DNA of 64,000 nt from Octopus vulgaris (taxonomy: Eukaryota). Position numbers and translations under genes: made by a program. How positions within the stretch are numbered: position 1 is the first letter of the stretch; the number at the start of each line of letters is the position of its first letter. The notes under the pieces are model-generated. The model did not search any database, was not told the origin of the DNA, and saw nothing but the letters and a program-made list of their open reading frames with translations. This document shows positions 48,769 to 62,273 of this stretch, piece after piece. The DNA is taken from contig OX597840.1 of NCBI GenBank assembly GCA_951406725.2, positions 38,006,001 to 38,070,000 of the forward strand, read 5' to 3'.

Positions 48769-48823
<55 letters not shown>

Positions 48824-48914
48824 AGTCAGTAAATAGTGGGGTCGTGTTAACCGCACGTGGATAAATGATAGGAGAGGAAAATGTATAATAAGGCAGAATG
48901 CAAAATTGAAAGTA

Positions 48915-48974
<60 letters not shown>

Positions 48975-49151
48975 TAATCCAAACATGAAAGCACAAAAAA
49001 ACACAACAACGCGAGGACGTGGAACAAATATAGTATTATTGGACGCTCAGGAAAGGAGGAAAGAAGGAGGGTTTAACGTTGTGTATATATATGTTCATCC
49101 ATGTACCTATCAATGTCTCTCAATCTGTCTGTCTGTCTGTCTCTCTCTCTC

Positions 49152-49187
<36 letters not shown>

Positions 49188-50554
49188 AGCGTCTATTTAT
49201 CATCCCAATAGCTGCATTTGTCAAGAAGCTCGAAGACAACGGGGATGTGTTGGTCGAAGCTCTCCATCGCACCACATGTTTTACTTGAATATATCAAGCA
49301 TTAACTTAACCCTGATGAATAGAAATTTCTTTATATGTAGCGAGACTGGACCTTCCTCACAATCACATCACTTCGCAGCCTTTTCGCTTTGAAATCCTTC
49401 GCATGCTATTTGAAGGTGTGGTTGGCCTGACAGCGATCCAAAATCGCGAGGGGTATTAATCGGTTGCATTTATATATGTTATGAATACTTTAATAAAAAA
49501 ACAAAAACACTTGATTCTGTCATGCAACCAATTCTGTGGCTGTCTAGAGACCGTTATTGGGGCTGGAAGTTGTTATTGAATTAAATTTGTATTTGCTGTC
49601 TCTCGTTGAATTTGTGCGTTTACGCCATTTCCTTTTCGTACAGTTTGTCGTATTTTCTTTAAGTTTCTTTTCGTTTTCTGGTTCAAAGTGTAAGTGTAAA
49701 TGGCATGTATCAGTTTATGTATTTGTGTCATTGTGTGTTTGAGACAATTAAATTTGCTAAAACATTATTATCTCTGTCTAGATTAGTTGGGCGAGAGCAG
49801 ATCATAAAAATATATTATTATTTAATTTCCACTGTTCATGAAGTTGGTAATTAGCAAATGCTTAAACAATGATTCTATTTCGTTAATTAAATACCTACTA
49901 CATTGTTATTTTAACAGAGAAACTCTATTATTCAAGCATTATTAACCAAAATTCAAGTCAGCACAAAGGTGAACGCAAAGTCACATCTGTACACAGAGGT
50001 TATGCACAAAATTATGCTAAACAATTTATCAACTGACACAAGCCATTCAAAATTCTCAAGTAAATACAATAATACTTTTTCTATAGAAAGGTACAACACA
50101 ACATTGTCTCCATCAAAAGCGAGGCAGTTCAGTCGTCACGAAATTCAACTTTAGAAAAGTGCAACTAAGTAAGGTTTTACTTACTTTTGTAGATATTTTT
50201 CTGTCATTTTCATTTGGCTTCTCACGTAATTTTTTTTCTCAGCGAAACACCGTGCTACGTTGTATCTTCGCGGTGGACTTCAGAGCTTGCCAGATCTAGG
50301 ATGTACAGTGGATTAGGAACCAATGCCCTGCCCAATGTGTCAATAGCCTGATTTGTTACGAAGGTATGAGTGTTCGCCTACTGACTTGGTAAATATAGAT
50401 GGCTTTCAGATCCTTCTGTCTCCACCTTATGAATTCTTTAAGCAGTTTACTTTCCTAAATCTCTATCTCGACATTACCGTCCATGAAAAAGGGCCATATT
50501 ATTAAGGCCGGTTTCCCCATTCCCACTTGGACTGGACACTGGTCTGTTGCATGA

Positions 50555-50700
50555 TTACTCACTTTTTCCAGATGAGTGGACTAAATCAATGTGAAATGAA
50601 GTGCTTTGCCGAAGAAAACAACTTGTCACTCGGTCGAGGAATTGAAACCACAATCTGCCGATCATGAGTCGAACACCCTAACCACTAAGCAACACTCCTC
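50555..50700 (-). mobile_element. Diverged SINE family C
   Basis: Minus strand TTGCTTAGTGGTTAGGGTGTT, GGTTTCAATTCC and GTTGTTTTCTTCGGCAAAGCACTTCATTTCA align with 8349-8460. Confidence 0.7.
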
Positions 50701-51326
50701 CTCTTAATTACTGTCCATCACTTCTCAGACAATTATCCAGATTCGCTCTGCGATATGCATGACTTTAAAGCATCAGAGACAGATGAATGCTGTAACGTGC
50801 CGTGAACTTCCAACTGGTTAGATCTGTACACGTCACTAATCTTCCATTGCCACAAGACTTTCAGTTGTTGGAACGACAAATTAGATTATCTCGAATCGAC
50901 ATATGCGACACCGTAAGTATTAACTAGTGACTAAAGGTGTTAGGACCAGTGATCACTCGGAATTGCAGATTTCATATTTGCGTGTACCTCTCCTAGACGG
51001 ATGCTGGTAGAAATCTAGGAATCCTACATTCACGGTGGTTTCCTTGATCGCCCTGATATAAAACAATGGTTTTTCTGAGGCACCACGCCCAAATGGATTG
51101 CTAATACGTCAATTAACCCATAGCTGGCAAGTACTATTCCGGGTGGGAGCAGACCTTAGAACACTAGTAGCTAAGGGGTGGTTTCACTCTCCCCTACACA
51201 CAGGAACTCCCGAGTCAGAGTCACACTAACTGATGCAGTTTAGTCATACACAAGATGTGTATAAATATATACATACATGAACGCATGCATATATCAATGC
51301 ACACACATAAACAAATAAACAAACAA

Positions 51327-51386
<60 letters not shown>

Positions 51387-51689
51387 CAATAATTATCCAA
51401 AATATATGAATAGATGATGATTAAAGCACGGTAAATCTACCTGTTGTTATGAGTAGATATACTTCATGAATTTGTTTTGGCGATTGGGGCGATAGTATTA
51501 ATAAGATCGGAGATAGACAGTGTAATATATTTTTTATTAAGCACAACACATGGTTTCACCCGTCGTTCTGGGTCTCTTTGGGTACATCAATAAAAGAAGT
51601 TTCATTAGAGATTTCTTGGGTCGGCTTACGTACCGCTGTATGTACATCAAATTGTATGGAAGTATGTAAGAATATATACACATATATGC

Positions 51690-51864
51690 ATATGGGGAGA
51701 ATTCACGAAAAAAACAAAAGACGAAGACAGGTAGTGTAGAAAACAAACAAATGTATTAGTATAACTATCAGTCTTTTACATTTCGAGCCTACGCTCTTCT
51801 ACAGAAATGGACACAGAAAGAAACAAGGAGAGAAAATTTAGTGTGTAGTGGCTACCGATCTATC

Positions 51865-51866
<2 letters not shown>
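51690..51866 (-). mobile_element. Repeat with a hammerhead-like motif (same family as 26472)
   Basis: Shares ACAAAAGACGAAG.CAGGT, TGTATTAGTATA and TTTCGAGC.TACGCTCTTC. Minus strand reads CTGTAGA-A-GAGCgtagGCTC-GAAA. Confidence 0.6.
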
Positions 51867-51897
<31 letters not shown>

Positions 51898-54599
51898 CAG
51901 AAAAAGACGAACAGAGAGAAGGAGGAGTAACCGTTCCATATAAGTGAGTATGCATGAGCACATATAATATGTATGTAAGATGTATGTATCTCTCTCTATG
52001 GATATGCTAATCTACCTCTCAATTAATTTTCAATAGATTACAAGTATAAATGATTGGTAGACTAATGCAAAATACTTCGCGGATGGTGCTGCAATCGGAT
52101 TTCGTAACAAAAAGATTATGGGGTGTAAGCATGCTTCCCTGGACATAAACAGGCGCATTTTATTCTATACGTGCTCAAATATATATTTCGAGGAAAAAAA
52201 TAAACACTTGTGACAAAATGATGTTATATATATTTAATATAATTACAGTAGATACACATCAGAGACCTCAACTTCGTTGTCCCATAACACATTAGGTATG
52301 TATTATCGCTGTATGTAGATACGTACATATTTTCTATTGTTTTTGAAGAATTCAGAATCCAGCGGAAAATTACGTTAATGTTTGTAAAACTTCATGGAAA
52401 ATTATTGACATCACGTATTTGAAAATACATTCAGTTGGTGTCAAATGATAAAACGCTGTGGGGAAAACAGGTAAACAATTTGGTTGAGAGCAGAGATAAT
52501 GACGTTGCTAAGTCAATATCGTGATAATGGTTTATGGACTCGCTCAAGATATTTCTTTTTAAAGTTGTATATTATTTGGTTTCGTAGGGGTTCAGTGATT
52601 TAATTCGACAGAGCAACACGATCGACACCGCTTGTTAGATAATAAGCAGCCTTGCTACAGTTTTCTGAAAACTGTCGACCTAACGGCTTAAGAAAATAAA
52701 CTATACGGATAATGCAATCCAAAGTAAATAGAATTCTGAGTAAGTTGAAGAACATGACCATCATGAAGGAATGCATTTGATTATATTTCTCCTGAATCAG
52801 GGTGGATGGCAGATAGACGTCATCAACAACATGAAATTTCTATCCGTTAGGTGGGGTATTAAGAATCGATGAAAAGGTTAATTTTTAGCAAGTTACAATT
52901 AATTTGAATAGATCGATTAAATCATAATTTAAGTAATATCTATTGAACATAATCTAATCTAATTAAAGTTTGATAAAATGTAAAGTGGTTCAGAAAATGG
53001 TGGTTTGAACTTGAATCGAAATAGTAGCAAACTTGAATTTGATTTGTTTAACAGAACTCGTGAGCCAAGTGCAATCTTTGATTTGTCTGCTAGATCAAAA
53101 ACGATAGAAATGTATTTTTGTTTTTACACAAGACATATAAACCTTCAGAGGCAAAGCTCCATCTATCACTGGCTTCAGGGTTACTGGAATTGTGATATAA
53201 GTAATACAAGTCTCTCGGAATATATTTCGGAATCCCCGGGACTACTGAAAAGCGTATTTAACCAAGATGTAATTAGCGGAATCGAACCTGCGATATTCGC
53301 ACAACTGAATACAGAATTGTATTAATATTTTTTAACAAATAATAGTAAATAATAATAATTCTTTCTAATTATTCGAACAAGACTAACAATTATGATTTCA
53401 TCTAAGATAAACATAGCCATGTAGTGTTATTCAAGGAGTTGCCATTACTAGTCTTTGAAGCGAACACAAGTATAAGGAAATGTCAGAAGAAAGAACATCA
53501 CCACAAAGCTTAGACCCTGGGAAGAAGCGTTAACTGGGTCTAAATAAGCTTGGGTCATAGGCTGTAGACGACACAGACACGAAAGAGAGAAGAAATGGGA
53601 ACATCAAGAATGGTTCAGTAAGGAGAAAGTTAAATAGAAGATACAAAAATTTATTTCCAAAACCAGTCGATGGTGTGCACATTACGATAGTTGACATTTA
53701 ACTACATCCCTAACATTTATCCTTATAGTCTAGGTAAATCACCTATACAGCTAAATATTGCAATGAATTTTCTGTATTGGAAATATTTAAACGCCAAACA
53801 GAATTAGTAGTCGGAGAGGTCAGGATATAATCGCCTGCAGACTTTATAAAATAAAAACTGAAAAAAATATTGGAAATTAGATATATTAGCGGTAAATTAC
53901 CAAGTGTTTGGAAGTGAAAATAAAGAAATAAATGAATAAATGTGAAAGCAGGTAAGAATTACGGATAGATTATTAAAGGCTAACTGTAGCAAATCTACAA
54001 ACTTCGTCCAGGTAAATCCGAAATATCTCTTACGTATTAAGGATCCTTATTAGGAAAATATTTGAGCACTTTTCTTATTTGGGGGCTAATTCTCATCTAT
54101 TATTCAATAAAGACGAAAGAGAATTCATAGTCGGAGAGGCCCAGACTACAGACTATAAAGAATAAAAAACTTTAATGATGTTTCCCGGTTTTGTAACGCA
54201 TAAAATAAGGCTCTCAGTAAAAACTTATTCAACTGATGGCGACATAGGTATTTTCAACTTTTCTACAGATATTTGAAAAAAAGAACACACTTGCTCTTCT
54301 ATTATAAATTCTGTCTAAATTATGTCTTCTGCAAAACATAGCTTTACAGATACATAACCGAACATTTCCACCATATTCCCATCCTCGGCTTTAAAAGAGA
54401 TAGGTGATGTTGATGATTCGGCCTTAATCAGATACGACTCCAAGAACCAGTACCCTATATTAAGCTCTGAAAAATATCGCTGCCATGTTTCTAGGGTCAC
54501 TATGTTGCCGCAAGAAACAAGAGGCAGAATTATTCTGATAAAATGGGGAAGGTACCTACAGCATATTTTCGAGGAAGTCAATAAACCAATTCAATTATT

Positions 54600-55050
54600 C
54601 CACATAGAGTGCAACATGATATCTACAGAGAAATATATTGAGCTATGCAACAGCAAAGTTTGGACAGAACTTAAAATTCTCCATCATAAAATTGAAATCA
54701 AATTTTGGAATCGGATATCCAAGCTCCCATGAAATCTGAAAACAACTCCCTCAGAACGGTTGCAGCTGTGTTACTTTATGGGATTCCAGCATGGAAATAA
54801 AACGAAAGGTTTAGGAATATGCTGGATGGCACAAACATGTACATGGTTTATGCCACGTTCAAATTTGTCTCGTAAAGAACAGCCTATCAATAAGCTTCCA
54901 GACGTGGCAAACACGTTTAAGAAAAGAAAACCGCTTTGTTTGACGCTGCTGAAGGTAAAGGAATTGCTTAGTGAACCTTACATTGGACATTAAGGAATGC
55001 ACAAAATATCATTAGATGTTGTGATAAGATGTACGTCAGTCAGCAAACAG
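54600..55050 (+). pseudogene. Highly decayed RTE-like LINE ORF fragment (region downstream of the RT)
   Basis: Fragmentary translations STEKYIELCNSKVWTEL, VAAVLLYGIPAW, LDG and KELLSE resemble RTE-clade motifs (STEKDI..RK.KAW, VLLYG.E.W). Confidence 0.5.
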
Positions 55051-55386
55051 AGCAAACTGGATGTTATTGAGCACAATTATCAAATAGCACAGCAAATGAA
55101 GACAAGCGTAGCCTCAGGATCAGGAGAATCAATAAAGATGTAAACCCGATGATTATAGTAATTGTTCAGAATGTTACGTAGATTTTTGGTTCTAAAAAAT
55201 GCAAACATGTGCACATGGAACAATTCCGTTTTCGAACAGTACCCTTACGCTTTTGTTTGGCAAGACATTATTACAGTAGACCAGGGGAGTTATAGAATCG
55301 GAGCTAAAGTGGAATGATTGGAGGTTTCATGATCGATAGCGGATCAATATATTTTAAACGTTGATCATTATGCATATATATATATA

Positions 55387-55459
<73 letters not shown>

Positions 55460-55484
55460 TTATAAATATATTTATATATATCGA

Positions 55485-55660
55485 GTTGATAGAATCGTTA
55501 GCACGCCATGTAAAATACTTAGCGGTCCTCAGTTGACAATCCGCCGAGGTCGACTTAGCGGTTCATCCACTCGCGGTCGATAAAATAAGTGCCAGCTGAT
55601 GACTGGGGATGATGTAATCGGCTTATATTTCTTCCGAAATTGCTGGCCTTGCGCCATAAT
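55485..55660 (+). mobile_element. Diverged, deleted SINE family B
   Basis: AGAATCGTTAGCACGCC, CCGCCGAGGTCGACTT, GTCGATAAAATAAGT and GATGTAATCG match family B. Confidence 0.75.
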
Positions 55661-55668
55661 TTTAATCC

Positions 55669-55714
<46 letters not shown>

Positions 55715-55718
<4 letters not shown>

Positions 55719-56369
55719 TGGATTCCTCCTTTTCGCCTTCGGCCCAGTGCGTCCATGCTGCCAACAAAGCACGCGGAATTCTGTTCTTGATTCGACGGTC
55801 ATTCGGAATGCTCACAGCAGCCATATTCCTACCACTCTATGTCACGCTGGTGAGACCCATATTGGAGTACGGGATTCAAGCCTCTTCTCCTTATCTCCTC
55901 AAAGACATACAGCATCTCGAAAGAGTCCAGAAGCTGGCTACCCGCATGGTTCATTGGTCTCAAAAATTTGTCCTACGAAGAAAGGCTGAGGACGCTCGAC
56001 CTTTATTCTCTTGAAAAACGCCGCCGCCGTGGTGATCTCATTCTCGCCCACACCATCATAAGCGGAAAGTGTAACCTCTCTGTTCTTCACTCCTGCTCCA
56101 GAGCGTCGGCTGCGGGGTCATTCCAAAAAGCTCTACCTGCGACGATTTCATCTCAATCGAAGGAGAGGAGCTTTCTCCGTCCGGGTTGCGGATCCGTGGA
56201 ACAAGCTGCCAGACGAGATGGTGAAGATGCCGACGACCGCTTTGTTCAAAGCCTCCCTTGACCTCAAGTGGCCTGAACTCTTTACATGAACACCACCCTG
56301 TACTTAACTCCATGTCCCCCTACATGGCCTTGCTATTTGCTTTTGAGCCAAATTAACTAACTAACTAAC
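55715..56369 (+). mobile_element. 5'-truncated CR1-clade LINE 3' end in (TA)n
   Basis: LYVTLVRPILEYG, LERVQKLATRMV, SYEERL..LDLYSLEKRRRRGDLI, RGHSKKL and FSVRVADPWNKLP across two frameshifts. Short UTR and (CTAA)n tail. Confidence 0.93.
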
Positions 56370-57145
56370 ATATATATATATAAATGTGTGTGAGTGTGGG
56401 GATATTTGTAAATATCTGTCTGATTCTCTCTCCCTTGGTATACAAACGAACAAACGCACACGTATAGATAGAAAAAATAGCTGGACAACTAAATATATGA
56501 GCGAAAGTACAACGAAACCCATACAAGCCGCATTAAATTTACTTAAAGATCTGCCAGTTGTTGTTGTTGTTGAGCGCTATTTGTCAGAGCCACGTGTATC
56601 ATTTCATTTCTATTATCACTGTGGTAACATTGACTAGTTGCGAGTCTTGAGGCGAAGGTTTTAGAAACTTGAGAATAACAAGCGGTTTGTCTGATGTTTG
56701 AAAACATCAATAGATTTAGGCATTTGAAGATCAAGAATAAGTGATTAAAGAGTATGATTGATCGATATCTTGCAGTGACGAATCGGAGCTAAATATATGC
56801 TTGATAGGGAATATTCTTCTGAAAGATACGATATCACATATAAGTGTGACTAAGTCGTAACTGTTTTGTTACAGGTTAATCATCAAAGGAACGAGAGACA
56901 ACGTCTATGGCATTTGCATGTTTTCCCAATTTGACGAAATAAACGCCGTAATTGTCCAGCTTTAAATCTCTTTGGGTCGGCATTAATTCCTTTTATACTT
57001 TCTTTGAAAATATATAGTTTAAAAAGGATTTGCAGTGTGTCACCGATCTGCGATGAGCGATTGTGTGAATGTTTTTTCCAAAGTTTCTGGGGCGTGAATA
57101 AGTGTAAGAATGATTGATAACGAAAACAAGAAGAAATGGCATTTC

Positions 57146-57450
57146 ACGATCAAATCGCAGTCGTGACGATGTATGGATATTTTTTTTTTTTTTTTTGGCA
57201 GAGAAATAAAATACGATGAGGTACAAGAACTGATCTACTTTTAAGCGCTTCCTGGTCGAATTCAGCCAATGGTGGGAATAATGTATTTTACGTTTTTGTA
57301 AAATAGCATGTGACGATCAAATCGCAGTCGAGACGATTTGTGGACAATTCTTTTCAGAGAAATAAAATACGATGAGATACAAGAACTGATCTATGTTGAA
57401 GCGGTTCCTGGTCGAATTCAGCCAATCGTAGGAATAATATATTTTACTTT
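57146..57450. repeat. Tandem duplication of a ~150-bp unit
   Basis: ACGATCAAATCGCAGTCG, CAGAGAAATAAAATACGATGAG and TTCCTGGTCGAATTCAGCCAAT each occur twice. Confidence 0.9.
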
Positions 57451-57614
57451 CTGTTGGATCTAGTCCCGGATATATTTGTTTCTATACTAACAGTAGCGGT
57501 ATCAGTCCCCGTATGTGTTACACATAGACAGATACAGGTGTATCAAATACCATACAGTATAAATGGTTGATTAATTAAAGTTATAACTGCCTCTAGATGA
57601 AGTGCCACATGGCA

Positions 57615-57988
57615 ATCATTTATCAGGACAATCCTCGACCACTCGCTTCACTAATGACGCTCCAGAAGATGTGGGAACCCGGCTACGAAGTTCTTCACTC
57701 AGCATACTCACCAGACCTTTTTACTACCAACTACCACTCTTTCAAGCACCTTGATGGTTTCCTGCGAGAGAAGAATTTCAAAAATCAAATGGATGCTGAA
57801 AGTGCGTTAAAAGAGCTCATCCGTTCCAGAATTCCAGATTTTCTATGTTACCGGAATACACAGACTTGTAACTTGTAATGTACTGATACTAATGGCACTT
57901 ACTTTGATGGAAAAATGTCCGAATAGTTGAAATATATTGCGATGAATTTCAGGCTTCAAAATGCTGCTTACTTTTTACTCAGCCTAAT
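57615..57988 (+). pseudogene. Decayed mariner transposase C-terminus with probable right TIR
   Basis: YQDNPRP (HDNARPH) and AYSPDLFTTNYHSFKHL (YSPDLAPxD). Ends TACTTTTTACTCAGCCTAATA|TA. Confidence 0.85.
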
Positions 57989-58047
57989 ATATACTTATAT
58001 ACTCTTCAATATACATTTATATATGCATATATACTTAAATATATATT

Positions 58048-58121
<74 letters not shown>

Positions 58122-58181
58122 CAGCATTTTTTGTATATACCTATATATATGTTTGTGTGTGTGTATCCATATATATATATG

Positions 58182-58247
<66 letters not shown>

Positions 58248-58384
58248 ACATAGTAAAAAGTGAAAAAACTCCAGAAGGCTTGTTTTAAAAGGTTAAAAAT
58301 ATATTTGAGTCATTGTCTGAAGAATGTTATAAATTTTGTTCATACAATTCAACCACGTGCTTTCACACACCAACTTTCTCACCT

Positions 58385-58584
58385 ATTAGCACGCCGGGCG
58401 AAATACGTAGCCGTATTTCGTCTGCCGTTACGTTCTGAGTTCAAATTCCATCGAGGTCGACTTTGCCTTTCATCCTTTCGGGGTCGATAAATTAAGTACC
58501 AGTTACGCACTGGGATCGATGTAATCGACTTAATCCGTTTGTCTGTCCTTGTTTGTCCGTCTGTGTTTAGCCCCTTGCGGGTAG

Positions 58585-58587
<3 letters not shown>
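58385..58587 (+). mobile_element. SINE family B, slightly 5'-truncated
   Basis: Colinear with 7403-7631. Confidence 0.9.
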
Positions 58588-58623
<36 letters not shown>

Positions 58624-58628
58624 GTATG

Positions 58629-58676
<48 letters not shown>

Positions 58677-59550
58677 CATATATATATGTTCATATATATA
58701 TACATATATATATATAATATACTTACAAATATATTTACTTACGTATAAATACATTATACTTACAGACACACACAGACACATACAAACATAAGTACATATG
58801 ACGAGAGAGAGAAAGACGAATGGGATAGGAGGGTAAAGAAGTGTGTGTTGATAATGTAATATATACATTAAGCATATCACACTTCTACAATTGTATCGTC
58901 TGAGGTGGTAAGATCACTTATCAGTCTCCCTTATCGCAGAATACTATCGTATTAATAGCGAACAGAAGATTATACTCTTATATATTTTCCTCTATTACCG
59001 AAAATTTTAATGGTATATCATCCTTGCATTGTCATTTCGATATTAAACAAATATTTAAGCACGTTAAACCAATTTAGGTAAAAGTACTGTGAAAGAGAAT
59101 ATAAAAAACACACATTGCCTCATTGTATCATTTATCGATCTTTTATTGAGCTTTCTCTTGTGAAACACGGCTTTCTGATTAAACTAGTCTACTATTGCAA
59201 ACGTGAGAATTCAGTTTCTTTCGTATTTCTGTCACCTATTACTCTTTCAATGGCGTCTTATGATTACTGCGAGCAAGGGAGAAGGCAATGCCGAAATATT
59301 TACCGTCTGCTCCGTTTGCTTTCAACCGTTTGTGGGGTTTCATCAGATGATGATTTTAATCTACCATTTACGTAGAGCAACAGCCTCTCTAATACGCTTC
59401 CATAAAACATATTTCCACCGTATTCACAGGGCTGTAATCGACGTGAGTTTAAGCTCGATAAAACATTTCTGAAGTAACTTCACAGCTTTGACCTATATAT
59501 ATATGTATATATAGCCTCACTACCTAGGATGTTTGGAAAACTCATATGTG

Positions 59551-59640
59551 TTTTGGCTGATGACTACGGGACATTTGGATTTGCTGCAATATTTGCAGCT
59601 TTAAATAAAACTGTTCTTCGTATGAAACAATTGTACTGAA
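59551..59640 (+). ncRNA. Long-loop hammerhead, diverged copy of the 10850-10938 family
   Basis: ttttgg-CTGATGA-cTACG-(~50 nt)-CGTAt-GAAA-CAATTG-TA-ctgaa. Flanks 59527-59670 are homologous to the 10821-10960 element. Confidence 0.65.
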
Positions 59641-59744
59641 CAACTAATCCATTCTTGTTGCTTTTTTCTTGCTTATATATATATATATGCTTTTTGTATG
59701 TGTATGCGTTTTAGTTTGTGCTAGTTACCCTGTTTACGCTGCAT

Positions 59745-59925
59745 GTCAGTCGTCCATGGTGGTTTGTATACGCCCATGTAACTTAGCAGTTCTACTAATG
59801 AAACCGATAAAAAATTACCAGATTTAGAAAATACGTACCGCGGTATATTAACCGACTAAACGCTTCAATGTGGTACCCCAGTATGGCCGCACTCTAAATA
59901 GTGAGACATGTAGAAGATGAAAGAT
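59745..59925 (+). mobile_element. Diverged SINE family A, 3' half
   Basis: GTAACTTAGCAGTTC, ACCGATAA, CGACTAAA and CCAGTATGGCCGCA match family A. Confidence 0.6.
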
Positions 59926-61346
59926 GATGCCATTCAAGTCGTACTCGCATCTGCTTTCGATGTAATAAATCTTGGCAACAATAATTTCTGTGACTCATTG
60001 CTGTTTAGACTGTCTGTGTTTACGAAATAAAATCGAAATCTGAGACTAAATATGTGAACGTCTGTCTTCTGTAGATTGTAGTTAAAACATGGGAAAAAGT
60101 ATTCTGCAATGCAAAAGTGTCAAACAGCCACGGACCTTTTGTGTGCACGTGGAAATATAACAGAAACGTTGATTGAAATCTTCAATGTAATCTACGAGAC
60201 ATACAGACAGATTCGTTATCATGATGTATTGAAAGATGTACTAATGAAAACAGAACCATACCCGGTTTGGAAAAAAAAAAAAAAAAAAAAAAAAAAAGAA
60301 AACTGAAAAGAAAAGATGAAAAAAGATAGCATATACAATGATATACGCGATATATTTGTGAGAAAAAATGAATTGTATCAGATGATAAATATTATGTTTT
60401 GTGCGTGTGATTTATTGAGTTTATGGAGATGGGAAGTGGTATAAAATTTCAACCACCCACACAGCAAATCAGGAAATTTGTCACGATTAGCCACAAATGA
60501 TTTTCATCACATATCATATCACCATGTAAAAAAAAAATAATAATAATAAACACGCACACACAATAAAAAAAAAATCTATGTGATCACTGCGCAATACTAT
60601 ACGAACACAATACTATATTTTCAAGTTAGTAATAGAAGAGAGAGAGAAGAGTGGTTTTGATATAATATAACATTGGTGCAGACAACATAATTTAGTAAAA
60701 GAGATAGATTCGTAATTTTGTGGACTCGGCTTAGATACCAGATAGTAGGTTCTTCTGCCAGATATTTTGTAGTGAAGCATCGATTCTACTAGGGCAGTGG
60801 AACTCAACCATTTTCGTAGCCGTTCAAGAATTTGGACCTAGAGATCTTCATTTCCAGCGACTTCGAGGGTCACCTCCCAGTGGTGTCGGGCGTCGACGAA
60901 GAACCCTCGACTACAACAAGGCGACCAAATTATTTTTTTGTCCAAGGTCTGCGGTATCCCGCCCCTAAGCCCTAGACCATCACCTAAACACCCTTACCAG
61001 TTTTGTTGCTTAACAACAACAACAACAACAACAACAGCAACAACCATTTTCGTACTATACTCAAGTAGACTCTCATAGCCATTCGATGTTTTAGAAACAA
61101 TATATTTTTATAATGAAATATTATAAGGATTGTGAAAAATGATATATTTTGTTGTGTCTGGGGAGAGTCATTTTCTTTTTGTGCCTTATTATGTAACACA
61201 CGCACCGTTAAAATTTCCACCTTTTTCTTAATTTTCCACTTGTATTGAGTCCTATAATTTATCACTTCTTGCAAATCAACACACATACACATTCTCACGC
61301 AGACACAGACACACGCTCACACACACACATATGTACACACACAAAG

Positions 61347-61382
<36 letters not shown>

Positions 61383-62273
61383 GTACATGTATATGTACGT
61401 ACATATATATGTGTGTGTGTATGGATTTATGTGTGTATTATATAATATTTTGAAGAACACAAAGCTAAATATACAAAATAATGAATACGAAATTATAAAG
61501 TTTTAGAGCCTCACAGACAAATACATTTTAAGAGAGGAATAATTTTCTTTTCACTACCGTTAGCTAACCGACTGCAGTAAAATATAGAAATATCGAAATT
61601 AAATATATAACTAAAGAAATAACTAGCTGAAGTATTTTGCTCTTTCTCCACATAATTATAACTCAAGTTGAAATAATCGCATAAAAAGGAAAGTGCCAAT
61701 TGGAAATTTTATAGCAATATTTCAGTGAAATGCTAAGAGAACGAAAAATGAATATAAAAATGGAGTCGATCGCGGCAAAGCATTGTGGGAATAAAATACC
61801 CATCAATTGTTTAAAATGTCGATTTTGTTGTTTGCAGCAACGTAGTGTCGCTCACAGTCATTCAATGAAGTAATTACAGTATTTGAAATACTATAAATAC
61901 ACATACCAAAATAGAGAAAAAATTGTCTTTAGGTATTAAACTATTTTGGCAATGGAAGAAGCATGGCGATGATATTCCCACGGTAAGCACCTAAAATTCC
62001 TCTCTGTTAATCTATTGACAAGTCAGCTTACAATTTCTTAAACAAGCAACCAAAACATACAAAGAAATCCATGTGATTTTAATAAATCTAACAAAATTAC
62101 CAGTCGGAATATAATCATATTTTCTGAAAGTGAAATTTTGAATGGATGGGTGGATGGGCGGTAACGAGGGTGATGTGTACGTGTGCTGGTGGGTGGGTCT
62201 GTGTGTACTAATTAGTAGTGATTAGTAAATGTATATCTGTTGCTACGTTAATCAGATTGTGTATTCAACATAT

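Larger units (their letters stand above)
48043..48770. mobile_element. Non-coding hammerhead retroelement (retrozyme or Penelope pseudo-LTR-like) in (TA)n
   Basis: 48252-48420 equals 48602-48770 (direct, period 350). 48047-48256 is the reverse complement of 48510-48718 apart from a 1-nt indel. Two hammerheads; (TA)n on both sides. Confidence 0.88.

Noticed and set aside
49310-49335. CTGATGA-ATA-GAAA hammerhead-like match
   Set aside because: No stem II and no convincing stems I/III; likely chance.
60805-60985. hAT-like terminus CAGTGGAACTCAACC
   Set aside because: No matching second TIR or 8-bp TSD was found.
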